This document shows, in pieces, positions 51,653 to 64,000 of a stretch of 64,000 nucleotides of DNA (its first letter is position 1; each line of letters starts with the position of its first letter). The notes beneath the pieces are model-generated. The model saw only the letters and a list, made by a program, of their open reading frames with translations, ran no database searches and was not told where the DNA came from. The stretch spans positions 107,261-171,260 of the forward strand of contig NW_021832417.1 in NCBI RefSeq assembly GCF_006345805.1, written 5' to 3'. Both the position numbers and the translations under genes were made by a program. The stretch comes from Octopus sinensis. Lineage: Eukaryota.

Positions 51653-51885
51653 TATTTCTTTACTACCCACAAGGGGCTAAACACAGAGAGGACAAATAAA
51701 GACAGACAAACGGATTAAGTCGATTACATCGACCCCAGAGCGTAACTGGTACTTAATTTATCGACCCCGAAAGGATGAAAGGCAAAGTCGACTTAGGCGG
51801 AATTTGAACTCAGAACGTAGCGGCAAACGAAATACCGCTAAGCACTTCACCCGGTGTGCTAACGTTTGTGCCAGCTTGCCGCCCT
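51653..51885 (-). mobile_element. SINE family C, long-tail variant, with 17-bp TSD, inside an older family C copy (about 51560-51925)
   Basis: CCTGGAAGTTAAATACC at 51636-51652 and 51886-51902. Confidence 0.9.
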
Positions 51886-53443
51886 CCTGGAAGTTAAATA
51901 CCGCCAAATATTTTTTCCATCGCGCGTATTTCATATTTATAAATGTGTGTGTGTACAAGCACATACACATGCATAGAGGTAATCTATTCTTATTCAAAGC
52001 TTGACCACTTCTTGTAAGGCATGGTTTTTCCGTGTACACGCACGTAAGTGGCTTTTGAGTCCTGAGAGCTGTTTGAATTTACATAGCAAACAATGCAAAT
52101 ATGTCTCACCACAAGTAGCACAGTGTTGTTTGTCTCGTCTTTGTGGATATTTAAATGCCTTTTTAGACCAGCGTGGGATTCACATATTTCACTACAAATA
52201 TGGCATATATGAGTGAGCTGACTGTATGAAGATGAATTCTGAGATGTGAAGTTAAGCAGCCTTAGAAAAGAAGTCTTACTATACGTTGAACAACTGAAGG
52301 ATGACTATTTCTGTGTTACTTTTTCGCCATACTCTTTCCACTTTTGCATAGTTTTCTTTTGTTTTCTTCAAAATCTTCTACTCCAGACCAGTTCTTTTTT
52401 TTTTGCTATATATTTGCATCAAGAGTAATAAATCCAACGTTTTTGTATGATATATTCAATCCCCCCCACCCACCAAACTGGTCTTTATACCGTTTTTTTT
52501 TCTTGGTTTACCCTGTTTTCGCTCCCCAGCAGATAGGTCTTCATAGAAAAACTGCTTAGAGATGCACTCATCCTCCATCTACATTAAATGGCTAGTCCAC
52601 CCACCTTAGCTGATTGGAAACCTGCATAGTGTGAATCGACGAGATTCCTGGTCTCTCTAAAACCTCTATATCTAATGTAAACGATTTCCTGCTAATCCTT
52701 AGAATTTGAGGAAGTCACCTTTGATGAAAACATTCTAAGGATTTTATGTGTTGCTTGTAAACAGTTCGTGTTTCCGACAAATAAAGAAAGGTGGATAGTA
52801 CAAATGCACGATAAACCGAAATTTTTGTGCTGAGCTTAACATAGCGTTGTAACTACACACGATTCTCAAGACAACCAAAATACTTTACCGTTTGTTGAAT
52901 GCGAGATGCAATTTCTGTGTCCAAAGTTCCTTTGAGTTAACCATCCTGCCGACGTATTTAAAGGAATTGACAACACCCAACCCTTCATCTTTCACATATA
53001 TCTGAGGAACAGTAGGGGCCTACCCTGATGCGGGTTGGTACATTACCACAGTTTAGTTAGCATTCCTAAGTCATCAGAGGCAGCATCAAATGCTTTAAGC
53101 TGATCTCACTGTGAAATAGTATGCCACAGTAATCAGCAAGGAGATCTCTAATAAGAGATTTAAAGACTTTACTTTTAAAGTTCATATAAGAGAGCCTATA
53201 TAAGTTTCTAGTTATACGAAAGTGGATATAAATATTTGTAATATTTTTCGGGAGCGAATCCAAGCGGGGACCTGAGGGATACGTGCCCCATTCAAGAAAA
53301 GAAGTACGCCCTTCTAAATAATGTTATTACGCCCTTTTCTCCTGGAATTGTATTCCCTTCTGACCTTGTTCTCTTCTTTCAAAAAATTCCTGGGACCGCG
53401 CCTGTTTTCTACTCTTGTACAGCGCAGTTGATATTCTAATATT

Positions 53444-53661
53444 CTTTTCTACTATAGGCACAGAGCTTGAAATTCTTGGGAAGGGAGCCAGTCGATTAGA
53501 TCGACACCAGTACGTAACTGGTACTTAATTAATCGACCCCGAAAGGATGAAAGGCAAAAGTCGACATCGGCGGAATTTGAACTCAGAACGTAGCGTCAAA
53601 CGAAATACTGCTAAGCATTTCGCCTGGCGTGCTAACGTTTCTGCCTGCTTGCCGCTTTGAC
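53444..53661 (-). mobile_element. SINE family C, short-tail variant, with 14-bp TSD
   Basis: GATATTCTAATATT at 53430-53443 and 53662-53675; intact head and GTCGACTTTTGCCTTTCATCCTTTCGGGGTCGAT core. Confidence 0.9.
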
Positions 53662-53893
53662 GATATTCTAATATTGAAACAGGTTTGGATGTTTTTGAGG
53701 TGTTGGAGTAACTGAATTGTCGGACGATGCCATAGTTACGTCCCTTTACATTCTTACTTAAAATCAAGCAGAGATGAAGTGTTACCCATTTATCTTTCAG
53801 ATATCGATATAAATAAAATAACACCACCCTAGCATTGGATTAACACACACACATATATATTTCCATCATGCATCCTAGTTATGTACGAAATTA

Positions 53894-53924
<31 letters not shown>

Positions 53925-54113
53925 AAGAGAGAGAGAGAGAGAAGAGAATTAACCTTCTCTCTACTTCCACAAGACATGGATGCCCTGAAAGGGACTCTTA
54001 GTACGATTTCTGACAAAGCTATTAAAAAAAAAAATATTAAAACAAAACAGAAAACCCCTTTTTCATGAATGGTGGAAGGACAAACAAATCCTTCTATCCT
54101 TCGTAGCCTAGAT

Positions 54114-54280
54114 CAGTGCTCCACAACCGGTATGTCGCGGCACACTGGTGTGTCATGAAACGATGCTAGATGTGCCGCAGTGTAAGCATGAATAAAATTC
54201 TTTCCTCATACTTTTAGTTATACTTTTAGTTCAGGTGTACTACCGAACTTTGAAAAGAATACAAGTGTACCGCAAATGAA
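54114..54280 (+). mobile_element. Possible hAT-type MITE, left end only
   Basis: CAGTGCTCCACAACC...GTCGCGGCACACTGGTGTG resembles Charlie-like termini; no right TIR seen. Confidence 0.3.
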
Positions 54281-54409
54281 AAAAAAAAAAAAATGGCAGA
54301 GATGTATTGTATCCATCACAGGTCAAAGGGAGGCTACTCTTTCCGGCATTATCGCTGTCAACTTCTCGAAAGAAGGATACGTCCTCATACTTATAATTGT
54401 GGGGTGATG

Positions 54410-54660
54410 ATGAGAACGATTACGACTACGACGGTCACGGCAACGACAACGACGACGACAGTCACTACTACGCTAGCGACGACGATGACAACGACGCCGA
54501 CTGCGAAGACTAAAACTGCGACGATTACAACTGCGACGACCACGACCACTACGAGAACGACTTCAACGATAACTTCTACAACGATGACTACTATTATTTG
54601 TACTGCCACTTGCAAGACGGTGATGAAGTTAATGACCACCATAATGACAATGCCGATGAT
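54410..54660. repeat. Degenerate (ACG/ACT)n tract
   Basis: Direct inspection; explains ORFs 54293-54685 and 54391-54642. Confidence 0.8.
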
Positions 54661-54882
54661 GTTGTTTAATGACGTTATTGTTTAGCTTCAAGCCAGCTCT
54701 GACAGATCAACTCTTTGATGAATGGCGTTCCACCACTACTTTCACTCAGACTACATTATCCATTGTGTCTCTCTATTTTCCAGTACGACGATACACATCG
54801 CTAGATAAGTGTATGTATGTATGTATGTATGTATGTATGTATGTATGTACGTACGTACGTATGTCATTATTCGGTTTATCTT

Positions 54883-55305
54883 AGGCGGCGAGCTGGCTGA
54901 AACGTTAGCACGCCGGGCGAAATGCTCAGCGGTATTTTGTCTGCCGCTACGTTCTGAGTTCAAATTCCGCCGAGGTTGACTTTGCCTTTCATCCTTTCGG
55001 GGTCGATTAAATAAGTACCAGTTACGCACTGGGGTCGATATAATCGACTTAATCACCTTGTCTGTCCTTGTTTATCGCCTCTATGTTTGGCCCCTTGTGA
55101 GCAATAAAGAAATAAGAAATGTTAGCACGCCGGGTGGAATGCTTCGAGGCATTCCATCTGTCTTATGTTCTGAGTTCCAATTCTGTCGAGGTCGACCATG
55201 CCTTTCATCCTTTCGGGGTCGATAAATTAAGTACAGATGGTACTGGAGTCGATCTAATCGACTGGCCCCCTCCCGCAAAACTTCGGGCCTTGTGCCTAGA
55301 GTAGG
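54883..55305 (+). mobile_element. SINE family C dimer: long-tail copy followed by a headless short-tail copy
   Basis: Junction AAAGAAATA|AGAAATGTTAGC at 55114/55115. Confidence 0.85.
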
Positions 55306-55404
55306 TAAGGTTATTGAGTTTATTTCACGATTTCTTGCCAATAGAGAAAGAACCGGTTTCTAACCTAGATCCAAAGCTCTTTCACTGGAATTTCACCAAC
55401 AACC

Positions 55405-56050
55405 GGTATGTATGTATGTATGTATGTATGTATGTATGTATGTATGTATGTATGTATGTATGTATGTATGTATGTATGTATGTATGTATGTATGTATGTG
55501 TGTATTATGTATGTATGTATGTATGTATGTATGTATGTATGTATGTATGTATGTATGTATGTATGTATGTTATGTATGTATGTATTATGTATGTATGTAT
55601 TGTATGTATGTATGGATTATGTATGTATGTATGTATGTAGGTATGTATGTATGTATGTATGTATGTATGTATGTATGTATGTATGTATGTATGTATGTAT
55701 GTTATGTATGTATGTATGTATTATGTATGTATGTATGTAATGTATGTATGTATGTGTATGTATGTATGTATGTATGTATGTATGGTATGTATGTATTATG
55801 TATGTATGTATGTATGTATGTATGTATTATGTATGTATGTATTGTATGTATGTATGTATGTATGTATGTAATGTATGTATGTAGTATGTATGTATGTATT
55901 ATGTATGTATGTCTGTATGTATGTATGTATGTATGTATGTAGTATGTATGTATGTATTATGTATGTATGTATGTATGTATGTATGTGTATGTATGTATGT
56001 ATGTATGTATGTATGTATGTATGTAGTATGTTGTATGTATGTATGTATTC
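55405..56050. repeat. Interrupted (TATG)n array
   Basis: Direct inspection. Confidence 0.95.
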
Positions 56051-56270
56051 TCCTGCATATAGTTGCGTGTCTAGACATGCTCATATATATTTAAATGATA
56101 AACTACTGGAAATTTTTACAGATTTTTACAATTCCAGTGATGGATTAGATCTGTAGTCTTCGAATTAGCTTTCTCCTTCTTGTTTTGAGAAGCTTAATTT
56201 CTCAAGATTGATAGTCAGGCAGTGTGTTACATATCCCAGGGCGCCAATAATGTCTGTCTGTCTGTATGTA

Positions 56271-56327
<57 letters not shown>

Positions 56328-56644
56328 CGCGCTGTAAGTATGTATGTAGTATGTTGTATGTATGTATGTAAAAGTGAATGGATGGTCATTGACAAGGCAA
56401 AAAACAACAAGACCAGTTTCATTTTGACCGTCCACCTGCAAGGTTGCAAGGGTATGAAAAGGAACATCATGTCCCATTCATCCTCTTTTAAATCTAAATA
56501 AGGTTTTTGCAGATTTTAGTGACCTAGATATTGCAATAAATTAGTGTATGAATTAAGGAGTTGCATTCTATCCTCAAGAATCCAAATTCAGCCATGCTTT
56601 GCTCAGGGCAGGCTGGTACATATCATATTCGTCCTATAATAAAT

Positions 56645-57053
56645 AAAGTTCCTTTCCGAATCACATAGACTCATAGGGGTCGGTTTTCCGGTTCCCTTAG
56701 CGTATATATTCCTTGCCGGTCCATTGCAGACTACTCATTTTTGCCAGCTGAGTGAACTGGAGCAACGTGAAATGAAGTGTTTTGCTCAAGAACACAACGT
56801 GCCTCCCGGTAAAAAAAAAAAAAAAAGTGATAAAGTTACCTTCTCTGGTCATGGCGACTCATAAAGGTCAGTTTCCTGGCGTATGAATTCCCCACCTGAA
56901 GAGGGACACCGGTCCATCACAGCGTTACTCATTTTTGCCAGCTGGAGCAACGTATTTTGCTCAAGAACACAACGCGTAGCCGGGCCAGGAATCGAAACCA
57001 CAATCTTACGACCATGACTCCGACACTCTAACCACTAAGCCATGCGCCTCCAC
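56645..57053 (-). mobile_element. Two adjacent copies of tRNA-headed SINE family E (first copy 5'-truncated)
   Basis: Head GTGGAGGCGCATGGCTTAGTGGTTAGAG...GTTTCGATTCC; body GCGTTGTGTTCTTGAGCAAAA; a third copy lies at 59137-59345. Confidence 0.8.
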
Positions 57054-57238
57054 TGTGCCTATAATAAATAGGTATGAAACTGAAAATGTATCTTGGGTAC
57101 TGGATTTCCAATCTTCTCATCAAAGGGTCATAGATATCTTTCTCATGGGTATTCAGAGAGCAGCTGTTTTTGACAATAGAGCATACTTTTTTCTTGTGGT
57201 TCTTTTCAGTAATATCTGGTTATTTGTGTTTTAACTTG

Positions 57239-57269
<31 letters not shown>

Positions 57270-58157
57270 TGTGTGCGTGCGCGCGCGTGAGAGTGTGTAT
57301 GTCTGTGTGTGTGTGTGTGTGTGTGTGTATGCAAAAACTCCACACGTACATATAGTAATCACAAAACATTTTTATAATTTACAGTTTTCTGTGAGTAGTC
57401 TCCCTTGGACCCTTGTATTCTATTAAGTGAAACGTACGTTTTTGTTGAATGTCTTATGGTGTTGATACTGATATAAGCTTTTGCTGTCATTGTAGTAGTA
57501 GTAGTAGTTGTTGTTGTTGTTGTTTATTGACTGTTAAAGCAGACAGCTGGCCTAAATGCTTCGCTGCATTCAATTTCGTTTGTTTTCTTTTAGGTCGTGT
57601 GTTCAAACCCTGTAAATGCTAACTTCATCCTCTCAGGGTTTATGAACATAAAGTAACGGTCGCATATTGCAATCAACAAAGTTATACGCATCGTATCCAT
57701 ATCTGCGATATTTTTCTAATGTTTGTTAATTGTTATTGATGATTTTGTTATCAGCATTTTCATAAGTTACATTGAGAGATGATAACTAGTTGGATAAAAT
57801 AGTGACCCTACATTTATAAATAAGGGTATCTTTGAAAGAGACAGAGAGGTTACATACAGCTCACAAGATTTTTAGTAAGTTGTACTACCTACCGTACGCT
57901 TAGGGATTCATGTCCCTATCCAAGAATGGCATAATATCGGTGATAGATTATGGAACAGTAACTTGCCATTTAATTTTGTTACTAGTTCGAGTCAGCTAAT
58001 GAAGTCTTCTTTTATAAGTGAATAATTGTACTGAAAATAAATTTCCATCAACAAATTTATAGTGTATTGTCAACGCAGAAACATCGATCCGCTTTAACTA
58101 AGTTTTTAGAGTTTTTTCATGGATTCAAGCCTGAGTTAATTGTGTGTGTGTATGCAG

Positions 58158-58223
58158 TTTCATATCTTATAATGACTCAAGGAAGAGTAGCCCCCTCAGA
58201 TATTTTTATAGCCTCGGAGACTG
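58158..58223 (+). CDS. Candidate 66-nt exon, unidentified
   Basis: TATGCAG acceptor, CTG|GTGAGT donor, two frames open. Confidence 0.12.
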
Positions 58224-59136
58224 GTGAGTGGTCAAACAAAAAGAAGACCGACTATGGTTCTGCTGCAGTGAGAAAAAGTACATTAAGATACGGTATATTC
58301 TTTTCAGGTACATGATCTGAATACTTGTAACAGTGCTAGATAGCCAAGAGCTAGTTGATGGTGTGAAACCAAACGGCATGTTAAATCTACTATTCTAAGA
58401 TGGAGTTGAACATAGTTAACAAAAGCTCACTTTTAGCCCTTCTATTCTCAAGACATGACATCAAGTGTCTCTCTGACCCCAAATTATTCTAACTTTAAAC
58501 ATCCGATACGTTATTGTGACTGTTTAACTCTGACTACATTTTACTATGCGTTCTTTTCGAAGAAAGGGTAGACACTGTGGTTTAAAGGAGACTTGGCAGT
58601 TATTTCTTGTATGCCCTAATACAATATAGAGGTTTCCTCTTTATCATTGCACCAGATTTTCGGGAAAAACCTAAATAAAATTGTGAGAAGATTCACGAGT
58701 TTAGTGAAATGATTCCATCAAGTGTCAAACCTGTATTGCAAAATGATAGATTTGTTTTTAATATATGGACACAAAGTCATAAAATTTTATGTATAGATTT
58801 GCCTGAACCTTCAAAAGAACATCAATAGTTCTTACTATATGGACTGGAAAGGAATTGAATGAAAAATCGACCTCGGTGAACGTCTGACCTTATAAAATAG
58901 GTGTATTCGAGATGTAAATTAAGTGTAATTAACTAAACGAAGAATCGAAACCATATATCCATTAAACTCATTGATTTAAATAAAATATGAATCCAGTTAT
59001 GATAAGTGGTGACAAAAGAGGGAAATGGGTCGTTGTTAATATTTCAATCCTAGATGAGAACACATCCGAGTGGAATAAAATGAGACAGTCGTTATTTTAA
59101 CACTTTTGTCACTACCTATAATGATGATTAGAAAAT

Positions 59137-59345
59137 AAAAGTAAAGTTCCTTCCCTAGTCATGTAGAATCATAGGGCCGGTTTCCCGGTTTCCATGGCGT
59201 ATATATTCTTTGCCGGTCCATTGCAGGACTACTTATTTTTGCCAGCTGAGTGGACTGGAGCAATATCAAATGAAGTGTTTTGCTCAAGAACACAACGCGT
59301 TGCCCGGTTCAGGAATCGAAACCACAATGTTACGATCAAGCGTCC
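59137..59345 (-). mobile_element. SINE family E
   Basis: Matches 56645-56810. Confidence 0.8.
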
Positions 59346-59387
59346 AACGCCCCAACCTATATATATCATATTATGTTACATTATACA

Positions 59388-59558
59388 CAGGTGCAGGCGT
59401 GGTTGTGGGGGTAAGAAGTTTGCTTCCCAATAACATGGTCCTGGGGGTTCAGTCCCACTGCGTACCAGCTTGGGCAAGTGTTTTCTACTCTAGCCTCGGT
59501 CACCCAAAACCTTGTGAGTGGATTTGGTAGACAGAAGATGAAAGAAACCAGTCGTATG

Positions 59559-59560
<2 letters not shown>
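59388..59560 (+). mobile_element. SINE family A, head and body
   Basis: GGCGTGGTTGTGGGGGTAAGAAG...GTGGATTTGGTAGACAG. Confidence 0.75.
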
Positions 59561-59596
<36 letters not shown>

Positions 59597-59919
59597 AGAT
59601 AAATAAAAATATATGCATACATACAAACATATATGTACGTACCTACATCTACATGTATATATACATGCATATATAAATAATTATACGGGAGTACAGGACA
59701 TCACAAAAAGACGTAGAAACGGAAAAAGCCAAAAAACAAAAAACAAGAAAACGGAAAACGAAGAACAAGAAAACGAAAAACAAATACAGGACGAGCTACA
59801 CAAGGACAAAACCCCCGTCAACACACACATACAGAGGTGAGCACATAAGTGCAAAACAAGGTGGAAAAATTATTATTCGAATACCAAAGGAATAGTAATA
59901 TATATATACATAAACATAT

Positions 59920-60032
<113 letters not shown>

Positions 60033-60091
60033 CAGTTCTCAGACAAAGTTTGGGTCAATCTGGGGTTAAAATACAAGACATATGAGATCAA

Positions 60092-60374
60092 CATGCTGCC
60101 GCCGTGGGATCAAAACTGGACACAAGTGAATGCGAAGCAAACTGCTTAACCTCACACACATACCTTTGTATGTGTGTGTATCTTTGTGTGCTTGTTTGTC
60201 GCCCATCACCGCTTGACAACAGGTGTTTTATGTCTTTATGTCCACGTAATTTAGCGGCTCGCCAAAGCAGTCCGATAGAATAAGTACCATAAGTACCAGT
60301 CTTCAAAATAAGTACTGCAGTTGATTAGCATGGCCGCAGTCTAATGACTGAAATGAATAAGAGAATAAAAGAAT
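60092..60374. mobile_element. SINE family A with inverted head (60092-60164, minus) joined to forward tail (60165-60374, plus)
   Basis: Orientation of both halves read directly from the sequence. Confidence 0.6.
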
Positions 60375-60383
60375 ATGTATATT

Positions 60384-60421
<38 letters not shown>

Positions 60422-60442
60422 GGAGCTAGTTTATAATTAACT

Positions 60443-60708
60443 AGGAGTAGCTGTGTGGTAAGTAGCTTGCTTGCCAACCACATGGTTCCGAGTTCAGTCC
60501 CACTGCGTGGCACCTTGGGCAAGTGTCCTCTACTATAGCCTCGGGCCGACCAAAGCCTTGTGAGTGGATTTGCTAGACAGAAACTGAAAGAAGCCTGTCG
60601 TATCTCTCTCTCTCTCTCTCGCTCTCTGCTCTCCTCTCTCTATATATATATATATATTATATATAATATAGATTATATTATATACATATATAGATATACA
60701 TATATAAT

Positions 60709-60764
<56 letters not shown>

Positions 60765-61046
60765 CATATATAACATATATATAATACATATATACATATA
60801 TATATACTATATCACATATAAATATATATATATATATACATTATATACATAATATACATATACATATATATATACATATAATATATACATATATATATAT
60901 ATACATATAATATATATATATACATTATATATATATATACATATATATATATATACATATATATAATATATATATATACATAATATATATATATACATAT
61001 ATATATATCATATACATATATATATATATATACATATATATATAAC

Positions 61047-61077
<31 letters not shown>

Positions 61078-61113
61078 CATTATATTATATATATAGTACA
61101 TATATATATATAC

Positions 61114-61178
<65 letters not shown>

Positions 61179-61430
61179 GATATATATATATATATATTAC
61201 TATATATATATATATAGGTGTGTTTGTGTGTGCGTGTCTATGTTTGTCCCCCAGCATCGCTTGACAACCGATGCTGGTGTGTTTATGTCCCTGTAACTTA
61301 GTGGTTCGGCAAAAGAGACCGATAGAATAAGTACTAGGCTTACAAAGAATAAGTCCTGGGGTCAATTTGCTCGACTAAAGGCGGTGCTCCAGCATGGCCA
61401 CAGTCAAATGACTGAAACAAGTAAAAGAGA
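60443..61430 (+). mobile_element. SINE family A with internal microsatellite expanded to about 620 bp
   Basis: Intact head/body 60443-60600, (TC)n(TA)n tract to about 61216, intact tail to 61430. Confidence 0.85.
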
Positions 61431-61859
61431 GTCCTTACAACCATATACACCCCAACTTCGTTACATTGTCTTTCGTCCAGTTTGACTCCCACCATGCCTT
61501 CACTCCGTCTACATATCTATTTGTTTTCGTCTTCCCTATCCTTGTTTTTTTTTTTTTTTTTACTGAATTGCTCTACCAAACCATTAAACTCTACTTTGTA
61601 ATACTCTCCTCTGCTTTATCCAAATTCATTTCACCCAACTACTCATAGTCATTATGTTAAATCATCCTTTCTTTCCACTGAATCCATTTATGATAGAGGT
61701 TATATTTGCCAAGGTAACAGATAAATTTTTCCAATGCAACCGCATATAAAAAGTTCAACGCTAAATGGAAAAAAAAAAAGAAAAATTATTATAATAATTT
61801 CATTCATAAGCACAAAGCTAAAAATTTGTGAGAAGAGGCAAATCAATGAAATATATCTC

Positions 61860-63680
61860 AGTACATGACAAGTATTTTATTTTGTCGCTTCCGGAGGGAT
61901 GAGAGGCAAATTTGACCGCGGTCTGATTCGAACTCAGAATGTCCAGAGTCGAAATATACCGTATGGCATTTTGTCTTACATTTCAACGTATCTAACAATC
62001 CACCGCACCCTAGTAATAAAGTAATTGATTCTAGCATGGGCACAAGGTAAGATGAAAAGCAAAATCGACCTCAGCGGAGAGCTGCACAAATGACCACATA
62101 TACGGCTGAATCGCCACCGAAAACTTCATCCTTGACTTGTATTGTTTCGATGGCAGATGAGCACGGCAAAAAGAAACTACTTTCCTAGCGATGGCTCCAG
62201 TTAGAAACCTCATGCACGAAATATTAGTGAAATTGCTCAACCAGCAACAGACCTTGTGTAGCAAACATACATGCCGACAGCTCACCTCTTGCTAACAAGT
62301 GTTCCTTGAAATAATATTGTTTATCAATATTGTTTATATATATTTTCGTTTTATAGGCACAATATCATAAAATTGTGGAATAGTGGAGGACAGAGTTGAT
62401 TGAATCTACATTTATGATACATATTTTATTGGATTCGAAGGAATGAAAATGAAATCAACCTCGGTTAGAATTAGCCGAAGTTAGTTGACAAGTTTTAAAT
62501 TTATGATCTAAGGGAGGCAACTGCAGCATTCCTAGACAGAGTTATTTAAGGAATAACTTGCAGCGCGTAGAAATTTAACAGGTGGATAAGACTTGTTATA
62601 TGGTTGTCAAATGCGATGTTCTCATGTCAAAAACCCATCTGAATCATCTTTGCGTTTCATTCCTTCAGGAAGGATAGAATAAAGGAAATTGCTTGACACC
62701 TCTGCATATGTTTTCTTTTATGAACAAACTTCATAATACTTTATAAGTTGTGCACAAGGCCAGCAATTTTGGGAGAGGGTAAGTCGATTATATCGATCCT
62801 AATATTTGACTGGTGTTTATAATACCGAACCCGAAAAGATGAAAGCATTTGAACTCAGAAGGTAAGGCCGTAAGAAATGCGGCTATGTATTTTTGTCCGG
62901 CGTTTTAACGACTACCGCAGTTAAAGAAAATCTTGTTTAGTATAAATTAGCCCTTGTTATTGACGGACTCCTCCTCCTCCTGCTTTCAAATTTGAGCACT
63001 TTGCCCAGCCTGCTAACGATTCTACCAGCTCGCTGCCTTAATAAATAAATAAATAAATAAATGAATAAATAATAATAATAATGATGATGATGATGATGAT
63101 GATGATAATCCTTTCTACTAAAGGTACAAAGCCTGAAATTTTTGGGGAAGGGACTGGCCGATTACATCGACTTCAGTACGCAACTGGTACTTAGTTTATC
63201 GACCCCGAAAGAATGAAAGGCAAAGTCGACCTCGACGGAATTTGAACTCAGAACGTAGACGAAATACCTACTCAGAACGTAGACGAAATACCTATTCCTT
63301 TACTACCGACAAGGGGCAAAACACAGAGAGGACAAACAAGGACAGACAAACGGATTAAGTCAACTATATCGACCCCAGTGCGTAACTGGTACTTATTTAA
63401 TCGACTCCGAAAGGATGAAAGGCAAAGTCGACCTCGGCGGAAATTGAACTCAGATCGTAACAGCAGACGAAATAACTATTTATTTACTACCCACAAGGGG
63501 CTAAACACAGAGGGGACAAACAAAGACAGACAACTGGTACTTAATTTATCGAACCCGAAAGGATCAAAGGCAAAGTCAACCTCAGCGGAATTTGAACTCA
63601 GAATGTAGCGGCAGACGAAATACCACTAAACATTTCGACCGACGTGCTAACGATTCTGCCAGCACTGCCTTTATTTATTA

Positions 63681-63722
<42 letters not shown>

Positions 63723-63855
63723 TTTGGCACAAGGCCAGCAAGCCCGGGGATGGGGAATCGATTACATTGACTCCAGTGCTCAACTAGTACATATTTTATC
63801 GACCCCGAAGGGATGAAGATAAAGTCAACCTCGGCGGAATTTGAACTCAAAACGT
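61860..63855 (-). mobile_element. Dense cluster of further family C copies and fragments
   Basis: Core and tail motifs recur near 61860-62030, 62400-62470, 62750-62920, 62990-63050 and 63725-63855. Confidence 0.7.
63110..63670 (-). mobile_element. SINE family C head-to-tail trimer
   Basis: One head at 63670; two long tails, each followed by re-entry at G(G/T)TATTTCGTC (junctions 63477/63476 and 63293/63292); short tail at 63110. Confidence 0.85.
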
Positions 63856-64000
63856 ATTAACAAAAACAACAACAAAAACAACGACGATGATGATGATGAT
63901 GATGATAATAATGATAATTGTTTCTAATATAAGAATGAGGTGAGAAAGAAAGTACTGCATGGAAATAAAATAATTTCGTTATCGGCCGAAAGGACTAAAG

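Noticed and set aside
54883-54970. tRNA genes at SINE heads (families A, C, E)
   Set aside because: They have A/B-box-like sequence but no complete cloverleaf by eye, and continue into SINE bodies with tails and TSDs.

Overview
AT-rich, microsatellite-saturated animal DNA. The repeat families resemble, from memory, those of coleoid cephalopods (Octopus); this is an inference, not a search result. No host protein-coding gene could be identified by homology, and most long ORFs in the track are microsatellite or antisense artefacts. The window is mostly mobile-element debris: at least four short retroposon families (three tRNA-headed SINE families and one unclassified), RTE-clade LINE pieces and tails, CR1-group LINEs (one 3.5-kb copy with APE+RT), three DD34D-type mariner relics, an inverted pair of maT-like (DD37D-type) relics, two MITEs, and a 6.4-kb head-to-tail array of R4/Dong-clade elements in a (TAA)n tract. 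The best leads are: a candidate atypical HDV-like ribozyme in the 5' UTR of the longest Dong copy; a SINE that repeatedly resumes or inserts at the same site inside its own family; a PHD finger inside the RTE ORF; several fold-back palindromes; and a CpG-decay boundary near 47-48 kb that suggests the left part lies in a methylated gene body whose exons I could not pin down.
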